Of a stretch of DNA of 64,000 bases, positions 37,976 through 48,606 are shown in pieces. The DNA is from Candidatus Daviesbacteria bacterium. Lineage in GTDB: Bacteria > Patescibacteriota > Microgenomatia > Daviesbacterales > UBA10151. Both the position numbers and the translations under genes were made by a program. Every line of letters begins with the position of its first letter. Within the stretch, counting starts at the first letter, position 1. Location: the NCBI GenBank assembly GCA_016176465.1, contig JACOXD010000006.1, forward strand, positions 71,878 through 135,877, written 5' to 3'. The notes under the pieces are model-generated. The model ran no database searches, was not told the DNA's origin, and saw only the letters and a program-made list of their open reading frames with translations.

Positions 37976-40845
37976 TCCTCCTCCTCTTTCTCCCACCACT
38001 TTTGTGTCCTCTTTTGCAATTTATTCCAGGTATAGTTTTTAACTTTGCCGGAAATTATTCCTCTTAGAAGTATTAGCTCTAACAGAAGTAGTATGAGAAG
38101 GCCTGATAAAGTAATGATAACTTTGTGCTCAAGCGAGCCACTAAAGGAAAATTTAACCTCCATTTTATCCTTGCTCGGTAAAAAAACATACATATAGCCT
38201 GGAAAGGTGGGTCCAGCTTTAAAGATTTTCAGCTCTCCCCGCTTTCCGCTTGGAGTTTCATACCAGGCTCGCCAACCATCATAGGCTTGCTCTTTAAAAA
38301 GTACCCCCTTAGCATTTTCACCCTCGATTAACCTTAAATTTGGGTTTTTAAAATTAACCTGAAAAGGAATTGGTGGTTTTTTACTTAAATCAAGCATGCC
38401 GGAAAATATATTTTTAGCAAATTTTGCCTCTTCTTGATTGTGGTTTCGGGTAACATGGTAAGCAAAGTTTAATCCTGACCAAATAACTTTTCCACTCCCT
38501 ACAGCATAAGTTGCCATGACTACCTGATTTTTATTTTTAAGTATTATTTGAGCACCACTTCTTAGTTCTTTTTCTTCACCATAAGACAACTTCCACTCTG
38601 ATTCATCAAATATTGGCGCTGAGAATTTTTGAAAGTCAATTTCTTGATTAAACGGGTGGTTGCTAGCATCCAACTTCCATTCCTTACCCATTCCCCTTCT
38701 TTGAACCTTTTTAATTGGGAAAAAGTCCGGCAGTTCCCCTGATGATTGTTTCACTTCTACTCCGGTATCAATAAAGACTTTTTTTCCATCAGTTACATAT
38801 TGCTTTAGTCTTCTAAATACCGCTTCCCCATCTCCTACTTCATAATCATAGAGATAGAGAGCATCAAAATTTTGCAGAGTAGTTAAATCTATTTTATCTA
38901 AGGACCTACCAAGCTTAATTGGTATTAAAACTTGGGAATTAAGATTGTCTTTTTCAGCAATAAGTCTAATCACTGTTTCATATCCTTGATCTGATGCAAA
39001 TACCCCCATGGTGGGCACATTGGTCGCAGCCATTACCGGTGAAGTTACCTCAGGTTTAAATTCATAGTAATTTAAAGTTACCGGTCTATTAGTATATTTC
39101 TCATCATTGAAATCAAGTGTTTCTGTTTTATTAACTAGCAACTCTTGAAGATATTTAGGAACAGGTGTATAAACATTGCCGATATGACCACCCTCAAAAT
39201 AACGAATAGCGTTCCAGTCAACCAGGAATAATGCATTGGATATGGTTGTCTCCAGGGGGTATTTAAAGGATTTAACCAATTGTGGTTCACCTTCAGACTC
39301 AGAGAGTGCTGAATCAAGCCAAAATATATAACCACGCTGGCTGGCGTTTATCGGCGGGTCAATATATCCCCTGGCTAAAGGCATTTTAAACATACTGGGC
39401 CACCAGATATTTACAGTCTGATCTCCCTCATAAAATCTAAAATTGCTACTCTCACCATCAAGCCAAGCAGGAACTAACCTCTCTTTAAGTTTTTCTCGAT
39501 CAACCTCTGAAATCCTTAGATTCAAAATATCAGGATGGGCGGATGTAACTTGACCTCTATATATTAGATTACTAAGGGTTAAATTTATAGGGTAAGAGAC
39601 TAAATGGATAGCACCTACATAAATTACCACCAGGTTCAAAACTAAAATTGTTGCCAAGCGCAAAGTTTTTGTTTTGAAAAAAGTATTTAAATTATCGACA
39701 CTCGCTCTCCAAAAAACTGCAGCTAGCATACCTATCCAAATAGGAACTGACCAAAATAGTCTATACCAGCCTCCATGATAAATTGATATCCCTTCCCCAA
39801 AAAGCCAGACATAAAGAAAAAAATAGGCAGTAATCAGAACATATGGCAGTACTGTCAACATACTTTTTAAGTTTCTACTAATAATCAGGCTAAGTACAAA
39901 AACTAAACCTAACGTAGCGGCCATTATAAAAGGTAAAAGATGGTTATCAGTAACCACCCGTTGAACTTGGGCTCTGCTGAAGGTTTGTTGTATCTGTTGA
40001 TACTCTTTATCTGCGGCAGTAGTGGTCGAAAGACTTATCCTTTCGGTATCAGTCTGAATAGCCGCTTGAAGAGAGCCTTCAAAAGTAGAATAAAATAGCG
40101 GTAAACCAATAAGCAGCGAGACTAGCAAAAAAAACAACCATTGCTTTATCTTGGAAAAAATTCGCCATCCCCCACTCAAGTTGGCGAATATCAAAATAGA
40201 AACTGCTGGTAGAATATAAACCACAAAAATCAAAGGATGTCCCAAAATTGAGATTCCAGCAATTAAGACACTGGATAATAAATAATAAGGTTTAAAACTT
40301 TTAAGGTATAAAACCAAAAACATTAAGCTCCAGGGAAGGGCTGCTTGAGTACCGTAGCTTGGTAAGCTTCCCGCCCAAGTTAATGTTTGATAGACCCCCC
40401 CGGAAAATCCCACTGCAATACTTAAAAAGATAGACAAAAGAAAATTGCGGCTAATGGCGAAAAATAAAAAGTATGCTCCTATGATAAAAAGGGCGGCAGA
40501 TACCATCATCCAAATTTGAATTGAATAAACTAAATCAAAAAAGTTAGAAAAAAAATAAGCTATATACCCATGTAGCGGAGGATAAATGAAGGCCGGCCAC
40601 CCACCAAAGCCAGAATAATTCCATAGGGCAAAAGGTGCAACAAAGTTTTGCTTTAAAAGTTGTGTGATAGTTACGAGTAAATGAAAATCTACACCAAATA
40701 AGGGTCGGAAGTTTATATACCAATCTGCAATAGGTTTCCAGATATAGATAATCAAACTAATTGACAATAAGTGGAGCAAAATCAAAACAGGAAGTGTCAA
40801 CTTACCAATAATTTTCATCAAGCTTCCTCCTCTTTCTCCCACCAA
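37972..40845 (-). CDS. Large polytopic membrane protein, YfhO-like, paralog 2
   Basis: Same architecture as 28015..30681. Shared blocks include NIWWPSMFKMPLARGYIDPP, GSGKVIWSGLNFAYH, AGPTFPGYMYV, a C-terminal TM and the tail WWEKEEED. Confidence 0.5.
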   Translation of the reverse strand: MVGERGGSLMKIIGKLTLPVLILLHLLSISLIIYIWKPIADWYINFRPLFGVDFHLLVTITQLLKQNFVAPFALWNYSGFGGWPAFIYPPLHGYIAYFFSNFFDLVYSIQIWMMVSAALFIIGAYFLFFAISRNFLLSIFLSIAVGFSGGVYQTLTWAGSLPSYGTQAALPWSLMFLVLYLKSFKPYYLLSSVLIAGISILGHPLIFVVYILPAVSILIFANLSGGWRIFSKIKQWLFFLLVSLLIGLPLFYSTFEGSLQAAIQTDTERISLSTTTAADKEYQQIQQTFSRAQVQRVVTDNHLLPFIMAATLGLVFVLSLIISRNLKSMLTVLPYVLITAYFFLYVWLFGEGISIYHGGWYRLFWSVPIWIGMLAAVFWRASVDNLNTFFKTKTLRLATILVLNLVVIYVGAIHLVSYPINLTLSNLIYRGQVTSAHPDILNLRISEVDREKLKERLVPAWLDGESSNFRFYEGDQTVNIWWPSMFKMPLARGYIDPPINASQRGYIFWLDSALSESEGEPQLVKSFKYPLETTISNALFLVDWNAIRYFEGGHIGNVYTPVPKYLQELLVNKTETLDFNDEKYTNRPVTLNYYEFKPEVTSPVMAATNVPTMGVFASDQGYETVIRLIAEKDNLNSQVLIPIKLGRSLDKIDLTTLQNFDALYLYDYEVGDGEAVFRRLKQYVTDGKKVFIDTGVEVKQSSGELPDFFPIKKVQRRGMGKEWKLDASNHPFNQEIDFQKFSAPIFDESEWKLSYGEEKELRSGAQIILKNKNQVVMATYAVGSGKVIWSGLNFAYHVTRNHNQEEAKFAKNIFSGMLDLSKKPPIPFQVNFKNPNLRLIEGENAKGVLFKEQAYDGWRAWYETPSGKRGELKIFKAGPTFPGYMYVFLPSKDKMEVKFSFSGSLEHKVIITLSGLLILLLLELILLRGIISGKVKNYTWNKLQKRTQKWWEKEEED

Positions 40846-43706
40846 GAAAATACCTTCCGTCTTACCCTTTTTGTTAATCTAAAAATACGTCTACCCAACA
40901 CTTTTGAGTCAAGCAAAATATATTCCAGAATAAATAAAACAATAACTACATTGGTGATGGCAACTATCCAATAGGTTAACGTACCATTATATTGAAATTT
41001 AACATGAAGAGGCCAATCTTTCTGGTTGATTGGAACATACATAAATCCAGGAAAAGTTGGCCCAACTTTATAAATTGGCAGGGTTTTTCCATCCAAGGTT
41101 GCTCTCCAGCCTGGCCAAAGTTGTTCCTTAAATAAAATACCCTTAGCTTTTTGATCAGTCTTAATTTCAACATCCTCTGGTCGAAACCACTTTGTTTGGG
41201 CGGATAATGGAGCTTTCTCATCTATATTAGTAAAACTTTTTAATATATTGATAAACATATCTGCTTCTTCCTGAATCTTATATTGGTTATAGTGGTAAGG
41301 AAGATTTAATCCCGACCAAACAACCTTACCTGATCCCAGACTTCTCTCCACCAAAACAGGTTTCCCTTGATGTCTTAAGATTACCTTTGCCCCACTTCGT
41401 AGATCGCGATCATTTTCTAGAAAGGAAAGTTTCCATTCATCCTCATTAAAAATAAGTGGTCCAAACTTTTTTAAATCCAAAGAGGCAAGATATTCTCCCT
41501 CACCCTGTATCTCCCAACTTTTTCCTAAACCTTTTCTTTGCAATGAATTCATGGGGAAAATTTGGGGAAGGGAACTATAAGCAGACTCCTTTACTTCTGC
41601 TCCTGTATCAATAAAAACTTTTCCTCCTTCTTTAACATAGCGCTCAAGGATGCTAAATGCTTTATTTTTATTATGGTATCTATATTCATGAATGATTACC
41701 GCATCAAAAGCTTTAAGATCACTTAGGCTGTATTTATCAATATACTCTCCTCCCAAAACTGGAATTATTTTTTTTGAGTTTAAATTCCGTGAAGCGATAA
41801 TTCTTAAAATATCTTCATATCCTGGATCTGAAGTAAAAATTATTACAGCTGATGCATTGGTAGGGTACAGAATGGGGGAAGTTTGGCTATCTGCTACCTT
41901 ATAGAATCTTAAACTTTGGGGAATATCCAGATTAAGTTCTGGTTTCCCTGAAGCCGTTTGATATTTTATAAGCGCACCATGAGTAATTACCTCCTCTTCT
42001 TTATCAAACACTTTATTTTTTAGAAGATACGATGAGGGCGGAGCACTTGGCCCTTTGCTGCTTAATCTTCCTCCCTCAAAGTACCCTATTCCATACCAAT
42101 CAATTAAAAAGAGGCTATTTTGTAAAGCTACCGCTTCTTCAATTTTGAAATCTCGCACTAAAGTATCATTAGCTATACCAATATCCAACCAAAAAAAGCC
42201 ACCTTTTGAACGGGTTCCTACCGGTGGATCAATATAACCTCTTGCTAAAGGAACATCAAAAAAGCTATTCCACCAGATATTGACAGTTTGATCAGCTACA
42301 TACAACCTTTTATTTTTATCATCTGGTCTAATAAAGGAAGGTAGCACTTGAGCCTTAATTTTATCTAAATTTTCTTTTTTAAGGTTAAGGCTTAGGACCT
42401 CTGGGAAAGCTGATGAAAGTTCTGATTTACTATCAGCGACTTCAATTAGTTTATTTATATCAGAGAGATATATAACATATGTAGCTCCTAAAGCAGCGAG
42501 GCTAACAATTACAGCTGTCAATAAATTAACGCCCTTAAAAAAAATATTAATGTGTAATCTCTCTTTTACTGCAGATAAAGTAAATCCCCATAGAAATGCA
42601 GTTAGTAAAGCTAAAGTCACCGGGAACTGCCAAAAAGCCCGGTAGGGATCATGTCTAAGTAAGTTTAAATATCCCCCCAAATTAACAAATGGATGAAACA
42701 TGCTATAGCCAACAATTAATAGAAATGGCATCACTAAAAAAAGTTGCCCCTTTTTTCTAGCTAGAAAAAAGCCAAAAGGAAAAAGTACTAAGCCCAAAAT
42801 TAAAGCAATAAATAGCCATGAATTAGTTTGGGTAAATAAAAGATTAATTTGATCTCTATAAAAATTAGCAATTGCATCTGCTGCCGGACTAGAGGTGGTT
42901 GTGCGCGCAGTTTTACTAACAACACCTGATGGAAGGAGAACTTTTTGAGTCAACATATCTAGTAAGTATTTATAAGTAAAAACAAAGGCAGAAAATAACC
43001 AAGCTAGATTAAAAAGAAATAGATGTTTGATTACTTTTTTAGGGGAATAGCTTCTACTAAATGAGCCAAAAACGAGCATAATCAACAGGGAAGGTATTAA
43101 GAAAGCCAGCACTCCTAGAGGGTGAATAAGAAAACCCAAAGCAGTAACTAAACTCATCCATAGTAAGTTTTTAGTACTGGGATTATTTAGATAGTTATAA
43201 CCCATCAATAAACCCAAGGGTAGGAAAAGCTGAGAAGCAAAGTAAGGGATTGATCCCGCCCAAGTCAGTGAACCATAAATATTAACTGATAAAAGAACAC
43301 ATACTGCTAAGAAAATAGCTACTCCAAAATTTTTGGAGACTCTGAAAAAAAGTAAAAAGCAACAAAAGATAAACAGAAATAAAGAAGATAAGGCAAAAAT
43401 TTGAACTCCACTTGGAGCCCCATATTTGGAAGCAAATGGGACCATTGCATAATAGGTAAATTGGGGAAAATCAAGCATCAGTGGATAACCTCCAAACCAA
43501 ATATCTTTAAAACCATTAAATGGCATCGATAGGTGTTTTAAATGTATAGTGGCATGAGTAGCGCTGTTAAATAAATCAACCCCTAATGCGGGTACTTTAT
43601 TTAGATACCAGTTAAAAAAAGGTTCAAGAGCTTTATAAATTAAGGGGGCAGCCAGGATGGCGAGGAAAACATACGTAAAAGCTTTTAGGTAGGAGTTAAG
43701 CCGCAC
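40818..43706 (-). CDS. Large polytopic membrane protein, YfhO-like, paralog 3
   Basis: Shared blocks VNIWWNSFFDVPLARGYIDPP, GSGKVVWSGLNLPYH, VGPTFPGFMYV, a C-terminal TM and the tail WWEKEEEA. It overlaps the downstream paralog 2 by 28 bp, in operon fashion. Confidence 0.5.
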   Translation of the reverse strand: MRLNSYLKAFTYVFLAILAAPLIYKALEPFFNWYLNKVPALGVDLFNSATHATIHLKHLSMPFNGFKDIWFGGYPLMLDFPQFTYYAMVPFASKYGAPSGVQIFALSSLFLFIFCCFLLFFRVSKNFGVAIFLAVCVLLSVNIYGSLTWAGSIPYFASQLFLPLGLLMGYNYLNNPSTKNLLWMSLVTALGFLIHPLGVLAFLIPSLLIMLVFGSFSRSYSPKKVIKHLFLFNLAWLFSAFVFTYKYLLDMLTQKVLLPSGVVSKTARTTTSSPAADAIANFYRDQINLLFTQTNSWLFIALILGLVLFPFGFFLARKKGQLFLVMPFLLIVGYSMFHPFVNLGGYLNLLRHDPYRAFWQFPVTLALLTAFLWGFTLSAVKERLHINIFFKGVNLLTAVIVSLAALGATYVIYLSDINKLIEVADSKSELSSAFPEVLSLNLKKENLDKIKAQVLPSFIRPDDKNKRLYVADQTVNIWWNSFFDVPLARGYIDPPVGTRSKGGFFWLDIGIANDTLVRDFKIEEAVALQNSLFLIDWYGIGYFEGGRLSSKGPSAPPSSYLLKNKVFDKEEEVITHGALIKYQTASGKPELNLDIPQSLRFYKVADSQTSPILYPTNASAVIIFTSDPGYEDILRIIASRNLNSKKIIPVLGGEYIDKYSLSDLKAFDAVIIHEYRYHNKNKAFSILERYVKEGGKVFIDTGAEVKESAYSSLPQIFPMNSLQRKGLGKSWEIQGEGEYLASLDLKKFGPLIFNEDEWKLSFLENDRDLRSGAKVILRHQGKPVLVERSLGSGKVVWSGLNLPYHYNQYKIQEEADMFINILKSFTNIDEKAPLSAQTKWFRPEDVEIKTDQKAKGILFKEQLWPGWRATLDGKTLPIYKVGPTFPGFMYVPINQKDWPLHVKFQYNGTLTYWIVAITNVVIVLFILEYILLDSKVLGRRIFRLTKRVRRKVFSWWEKEEEA

Positions 43707-43745
43707 TATCCCAAAATACCAGACTAAGCTTTAGAAAATCAAGAC

Positions 43746-44933
43746 TTAAAAGAAGGCAATTAGGAGAAAAACTTGAGATATAAATGCTATATAGCTTGTT
43801 TGAATGATCCTGGAAAATAAAAGCAGCACACAAAGGTTAATTATAAAAAGTAGACTAAGCATTTCTATCTTTAAGTTTCTTTGAAATATCTTTCTTGCCC
43901 AAAGCAAAAAGATGACCTCGATAATAAGCTGGAAGATGTAAAATGGAAAACTCGAGCTGGGACTAATAACCTGCAAAGAAGATAACAGTTGTGGCAAACC
44001 TAAAAACCCAGCTATAACATGGGACTCTACTCCTCCTTTTAAATGAAAAAAGATTACATCCCCAACTAATCCAGGAAAATCCCAAACAGCAAAGGGTAGA
44101 TAAATTAACATGGTTAAGATCAGAAAAACTAAAATATTTTTTATAAATAAAGAAAGATTGCGATAACCTTTTATGTAGTAGAACAAAAAAATAAAGTAAA
44201 GCGGCACAAGGGGTAATATCAAAATTTTAGTTCCCAGTCCAAGTACCAACATGCTTGTAGAGAGTAGTGTCCGCTTATATTTCAAAAAAAACAAAACCAA
44301 GAAAATAAAAAACAACAAAATTGCTTCATTCGCTCCATAAAATGAAAGAGGAAGAAATAAGGGATTTAAGAAAAAAAAGCTGGCAAAAAGTATCTTTTCT
44401 TTTACAAGGCTACTTCCTACCAAACCTGCTAAAATTAAAAAAAATAACACTGTTACTTTAAAATCTGCAACCTTAAAAGCCTGCATTGAAAAAAACTGTA
44501 TCGGAGCATTAATAATAAACATTAGCGGTGAATACATATAATGTTCATAAACTTCTTTTAAGGGCGCTACATTAGTATTCTCAAAAAGTTTTTTGTAGTT
44601 GAAGGAGTAGGGATTTTTTCCATCTAAAAATGCTTGCGTAGCGAACTCCGTTAAAATTGCCCCATCATGTTTTTGCCACCTCTCCTCCCCTTTTAGAGAA
44701 AAAATCTTCAGGAATAAAAATATATACAAAGTAAGGATCAGTAATAAAAAAGCAAAAAAGCGAATGGAGTTGTTAGATTTTTTACCAAATAAGGTTAAGA
44801 TTGAGAAAATGAAAAAAAGTGTTAAAAGAAATGCTAGAATAATTAGCACCAACTGATTTGTCAAGTTTAGCACCCTTAAAATATTTACCAGCAATACTAA
44901 AAGAATTGTTGCTTCCAAAATATCTTTTTTCAT
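43746..44933 (-). CDS. Polytopic integral membrane protein (hypothetical; possibly a GT-C/DUF2029-like glycosyltransferase)
   Basis: 395 aa with at least 10 predicted TM helices and no soluble domain. It sits directly upstream of (co-directional with) paralog 3. Confidence 0.35.
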   Translation of the reverse strand: MKKDILEATILLVLLVNILRVLNLTNQLVLIILAFLLTLFFIFSILTLFGKKSNNSIRFFAFLLLILTLYIFLFLKIFSLKGEERWQKHDGAILTEFATQAFLDGKNPYSFNYKKLFENTNVAPLKEVYEHYMYSPLMFIINAPIQFFSMQAFKVADFKVTVLFFLILAGLVGSSLVKEKILFASFFFLNPLFLPLSFYGANEAILLFFIFLVLFFLKYKRTLLSTSMLVLGLGTKILILPLVPLYFIFLFYYIKGYRNLSLFIKNILVFLILTMLIYLPFAVWDFPGLVGDVIFFHLKGGVESHVIAGFLGLPQLLSSLQVISPSSSFPFYIFQLIIEVIFLLWARKIFQRNLKIEMLSLLFIINLCVLLLFSRIIQTSYIAFISQVFLLIAFF

Positions 44934-44954
44934 ATACTTGATGAAATCTCAACC

Positions 44955-45830
44955 ATGAAACATACCTTAGATCTTTCTATATCGTTAATTAGCTTTAATA
45001 ATAAAGATCTTTTAGTGCAATGTTTAAACTCCATTTACAAAAATAATAATGAATTATCTTTTGAGATTTTGCTGGTAGATAATGGCTCATTGGATGGGTC
45101 TCCTGAAATAGTAAGACAGAAATTTCCCAAAGTAAAGCTAATTGCAAATAAAAGAAATCTCTATTTTATAAAAGCACACAATCAAAATTTAAAAAAAGTT
45201 ACAGGCCGTTACTTCCTAATTTTAAATGAAGATACCCGAATCCCTCCAGGGGTTTTAAAAAAAATGGTTAAGTTTATGGATCAAAATCCAAAAATTGGTG
45301 CTGCTAGCCTAAGACAAAAAGATGAAGCAGGAAGGGTAGATTTGACTTGTTCCCGCTTCCCCACCCCCTGGGTTGAGCTTTTAGAAACAAGTTTTCCCTG
45401 CAAACTCTTAAATAAATATGTTTTATACCCGTTTACTAACTCTATATTATCTAAGTATCGTTATAAAGGCTGGAAAAGAGATACTATCAAAGAGGTAGAT
45501 GTCATTCCTGGTTCCTTTTTTTTAGGAAGAAGTGGGCTTCTTAAAACAGTTGGGTTATTGGATGAAAAATTGATCTTTTTTTATGTAGAACCGGATTATT
45601 GCCAAAGGGTTAAAAAGATGGGTTATTTGGTGGTGCATAATGGCAAATTAACGATCATTCATCTAAAATCAAAAGGGATTTCTAATCTTACACCCCTAAA
45701 AAGGTATTGGCTCATGGAGCAAGGTATTTTGAATTATTATAAAAAATACTTTGGGACTTTTTGGTGGTATATAATTTGGCTATTTTTGAGACCTAATTGG
45801 CTTTACTGGCATTTGCAATTTAAAAAATAA
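44955..45830 (+). CDS. GT2 glycosyltransferase
   Basis: LSISLISFNNKDLLVQCLNSI...LLVDNGSLDGS...ILNEDT. Confidence 0.7.
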   Translation: MKHTLDLSISLISFNNKDLLVQCLNSIYKNNNELSFEILLVDNGSLDGSPEIVRQKFPKVKLIANKRNLYFIKAHNQNLKKVTGRYFLILNEDTRIPPGVLKKMVKFMDQNPKIGAASLRQKDEAGRVDLTCSRFPTPWVELLETSFPCKLLNKYVLYPFTNSILSKYRYKGWKRDTIKEVDVIPGSFFLGRSGLLKTVGLLDEKLIFFYVEPDYCQRVKKMGYLVVHNGKLTIIHLKSKGISNLTPLKRYWLMEQGILNYYKKYFGTFWWYIIWLFLRPNWLYWHLQFKK

Positions 45831-45831
45831 T

Positions 45832-46929
45832 ATGGATTTTTTTCACTCCCATATATCTTCATACTCTATTAAACTTGTTAAAGATACTCTAAAGTCTGGA
45901 TTCATCTCTGAAGGTAAATTAGTAAAAAGGTTTGAGGAAGAACTGGAAAAAAAGCTAGGCTTAATAAACCCTATCGCTTTAAATGGCGCAACTTCTGCAC
46001 TGCATTTAAGTTTAGTTTTAGCCGGTGTTTCGCAGGGCGATGAGGTAATTATTCCTGCCCAGACATTCGTAGCTACGGGCCTGGCGGTTTTAATGCAGCG
46101 GGCTAAACCTATTTTTGCGGATATTTTAATAGATAGCGGAAATATTGATCCCCTATCAATTAAAAAAAAGATAACTAAGAAGACTAAAGCAATTATTGCT
46201 GTTCACTGGGGCGGATATCCTTGTGACTTAAAAGAAATTAATGAGATAGCCAAAAAAAATAACCTAGTAGTTATTGAAGACGGCGCTCATGCTTTGGGAG
46301 CAATGTATAGGGGTAAACCAATCGGATCTATTTCAAGATTCACTATTTTCTCTTTTCAGGCTATTAAACATTTAACCACCGGAGACGGTGGAGCACTCTG
46401 CTGTTTTAATAAAAAAGATGGAGATAATGCAAAAGTACTACGCTGGTTTGGAATAGATCGGGCGAACTCAAAACCTTCTATCCTAGGTGAGAGAAAGTAT
46501 AATATTAACCAACTTGGCTTTAAGTATCATATGAATGATTTAGCTGCCTCACTGGGACTTGGAAACTTAGAAGACTTATCTAAAACTATTAAACGTAGAC
46601 AAGAAATCGCTTTGAGGTATCGATCTTCTCTTAATAGAGTTCCTGGAGTTAAACTTCTAGATTATAAAGATGATCGCCAAAGTTCATTTTGGCTTTTTAC
46701 TATATTAGTTAAAAAGCGCAACAAGTTTATAAAAAAACTACTATCAAAAAATATCCCAAGTTCAGTAGTTCATTTAAGAATCGACCATAATAAAATTTTT
46801 GGCGGATTAACTCCTAATCTTTTTAACCAGGAAAGGTTTAACCAAGAACAAATTTCTATTCCTATCCATGATGCGCTGACAGATCAAGATGTTGAACTAA
46901 TTATTAAAACTATAAAAAGCGGTTGGTAA
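45832..46929 (+). CDS. DegT/DnrJ/EryC1/StrS-family PLP-dependent sugar aminotransferase
   Basis: Has GFISEGKLVKRFEEELEK, the PLP-lysine block FSFQAIKHLTTGDGGAL and WFGIDR. Confidence 0.85.
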   Translation: MDFFHSHISSYSIKLVKDTLKSGFISEGKLVKRFEEELEKKLGLINPIALNGATSALHLSLVLAGVSQGDEVIIPAQTFVATGLAVLMQRAKPIFADILIDSGNIDPLSIKKKITKKTKAIIAVHWGGYPCDLKEINEIAKKNNLVVIEDGAHALGAMYRGKPIGSISRFTIFSFQAIKHLTTGDGGALCCFNKKDGDNAKVLRWFGIDRANSKPSILGERKYNINQLGFKYHMNDLAASLGLGNLEDLSKTIKRRQEIALRYRSSLNRVPGVKLLDYKDDRQSSFWLFTILVKKRNKFIKKLLSKNIPSSVVHLRIDHNKIFGGLTPNLFNQERFNQEQISIPIHDALTDQDVELIIKTIKSGW

Positions 46930-46943
46930 ATTTAAGTAAACAG

Positions 46944-47834
46944 ATGTCTAAAATTAGAGTCAGAAAAGCCGTTAAATCCGATGTTCCCAACTTAGTAAAA
47001 TTAATGAACGCTCAATATACTCGTAAGAAGAGTAAGAAATATTTTAAGTGGCAATATTTTAATAATGTTCAAAAAACATATTTAAGCGTAGTTGAGGTAG
47101 ATATGACTATTATAGGAATGTTCGGTTTGCAAATAAGGAGATTGACCAATGGGGCTACAGTAGGTCAGGCAATAGACATGTTGATTGCGCCAAATTACAG
47201 AGGTCAGGGTCTTTTTAAATTCCTTGCGGAAACAACTATCGCCTATTCCAAGACTATCGACCTTGTATGTGTTTTAGCGAATTTAGTTGGCAAAAATGCT
47301 TGTGAGAAAAACCTAGGTTGGCTAACATTACACAAAATCGATTCACTAAATTTTAATTTAGACAAACAAGTCTTTGAGCAAAAAAATAAATTGCCAATTG
47401 ATGGAGATATAAGTTTGGTTAGGTTTAAGCATACCAACAAGTACCACCATTGGCGTTTTGAGATAAATCCTGAGTATCGCTATAAAAAGATTGTGACTAA
47501 ATCCTCGGAATATATTTTTGCTAAGGTATTTAAAGATCGTAAAACTGACGTACAGTATGGCGATGTTGTAGATATCGAATTAAAAAGTATAGAATATGAT
47601 AGGATCTCTCAATTAATAAAAATAGCAATAAGGGATTTTAGGTCTCACAGAATACAAGCTGTAACAACTTGGGCACTTCCTCATACCTTACTCTATAAAG
47701 TTTTAATCAACATGGGCTTCCTTAAAGTCGAGCAAGAAAGGTATTTTTGTATCAAAATTTTAAATCACCGATTCGATTATCTTAAAAGTATTAACAATTG
47801 GTACTTAGTTCAAGCAGATGCAGAAATTTACTAA
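46944..47834 (+). CDS. GNAT-fold N-acyltransferase (probable amino-sugar N-acetyltransferase)
   Basis: GNAT motif A-like GQAIDMLIAPNYRGQGLFKFL. Its position between an aminotransferase and a formyltransferase suggests the role. ATG at 46944 (MSKIRV) is more likely than the TTG at 46923. Confidence 0.5.
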   Translation: MSKIRVRKAVKSDVPNLVKLMNAQYTRKKSKKYFKWQYFNNVQKTYLSVVEVDMTIIGMFGLQIRRLTNGATVGQAIDMLIAPNYRGQGLFKFLAETTIAYSKTIDLVCVLANLVGKNACEKNLGWLTLHKIDSLNFNLDKQVFEQKNKLPIDGDISLVRFKHTNKYHHWRFEINPEYRYKKIVTKSSEYIFAKVFKDRKTDVQYGDVVDIELKSIEYDRISQLIKIAIRDFRSHRIQAVTTWALPHTLLYKVLINMGFLKVEQERYFCIKILNHRFDYLKSINNWYLVQADAEIY

Positions 47835-47844
47835 TATAAAATAA

Positions 47845-48606
47845 ATGTCTAAACTGAAGGTGGCTTATTTAGGTGGTAGGATCTTGGGTTTACAAGGATT
47901 AAAAATCCTCTCGGCTTATAAAAATAAGGTAGATGTTTGTTTTGTAATTGCTAATAAAGAAGATGGCGTTAAAGGTTCAGACTGGGATCCTCCTATTTTG
48001 CCCTATGCTAAATCGCTTGGTTTTAAAACAGCTAAATTAAAATCCCTAAATTCTAAAGCTGCAGTAAAGTTATTTAAGAGTAACGCAGTTGATGTTATTT
48101 TTAATCTTTTTTGCAATAGATTGATCCCGCAAGAAATTCTTGATATCCCTAAATTAGGTGCTATTAACTTTCATTATGGCAAGTTACCACAATACAGGGG
48201 CAGATTCATTGTCAGTCATATTGTTTTAAATAACGAGAAAAAAAGTTTTGCCACTGCTCATTACATGAGTGCAAAAGTAGATACCGGAGATATAATCTAT
48301 GAAAGATCAGTTCCAGTACTGGAAGATGACAGTGCTAAAACACTCTATTTCAGATTTACTAACGCAACACTTGAATTATTTAAAAAGATTTTAAATGACC
48401 TAATTGATGGAAAAGTACTTCCTCGCAGAAAACAAAAAGGGTCGGGCCACTATTATCCGTTTAAAGAAATAAACGGATGTGAGATTAATTTAAACTGGAA
48501 GAAAGATAAAGTAGAGCGATTTATCCGTGCGGTAACATTTGAGCCGATCTCCCGACCTTGGATTCGTATTGGTAATCTTAAATTTGATATTATAGCGCAA
48601 GTATGA
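47845..48606 (+). CDS. Formyltransferase-family protein (sugar N-formyltransferase, Fmt/ArnA-N-like)
   Basis: Formyl_trans_N signature INFHYGKLPQYRGRFIVSHIV (N...H...LP.YRG) and a downstream Asp. Confidence 0.7.
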   Translation: MSKLKVAYLGGRILGLQGLKILSAYKNKVDVCFVIANKEDGVKGSDWDPPILPYAKSLGFKTAKLKSLNSKAAVKLFKSNAVDVIFNLFCNRLIPQEILDIPKLGAINFHYGKLPQYRGRFIVSHIVLNNEKKSFATAHYMSAKVDTGDIIYERSVPVLEDDSAKTLYFRFTNATLELFKKILNDLIDGKVLPRRKQKGSGHYYPFKEINGCEINLNWKKDKVERFIRAVTFEPISRPWIRIGNLKFDIIAQV

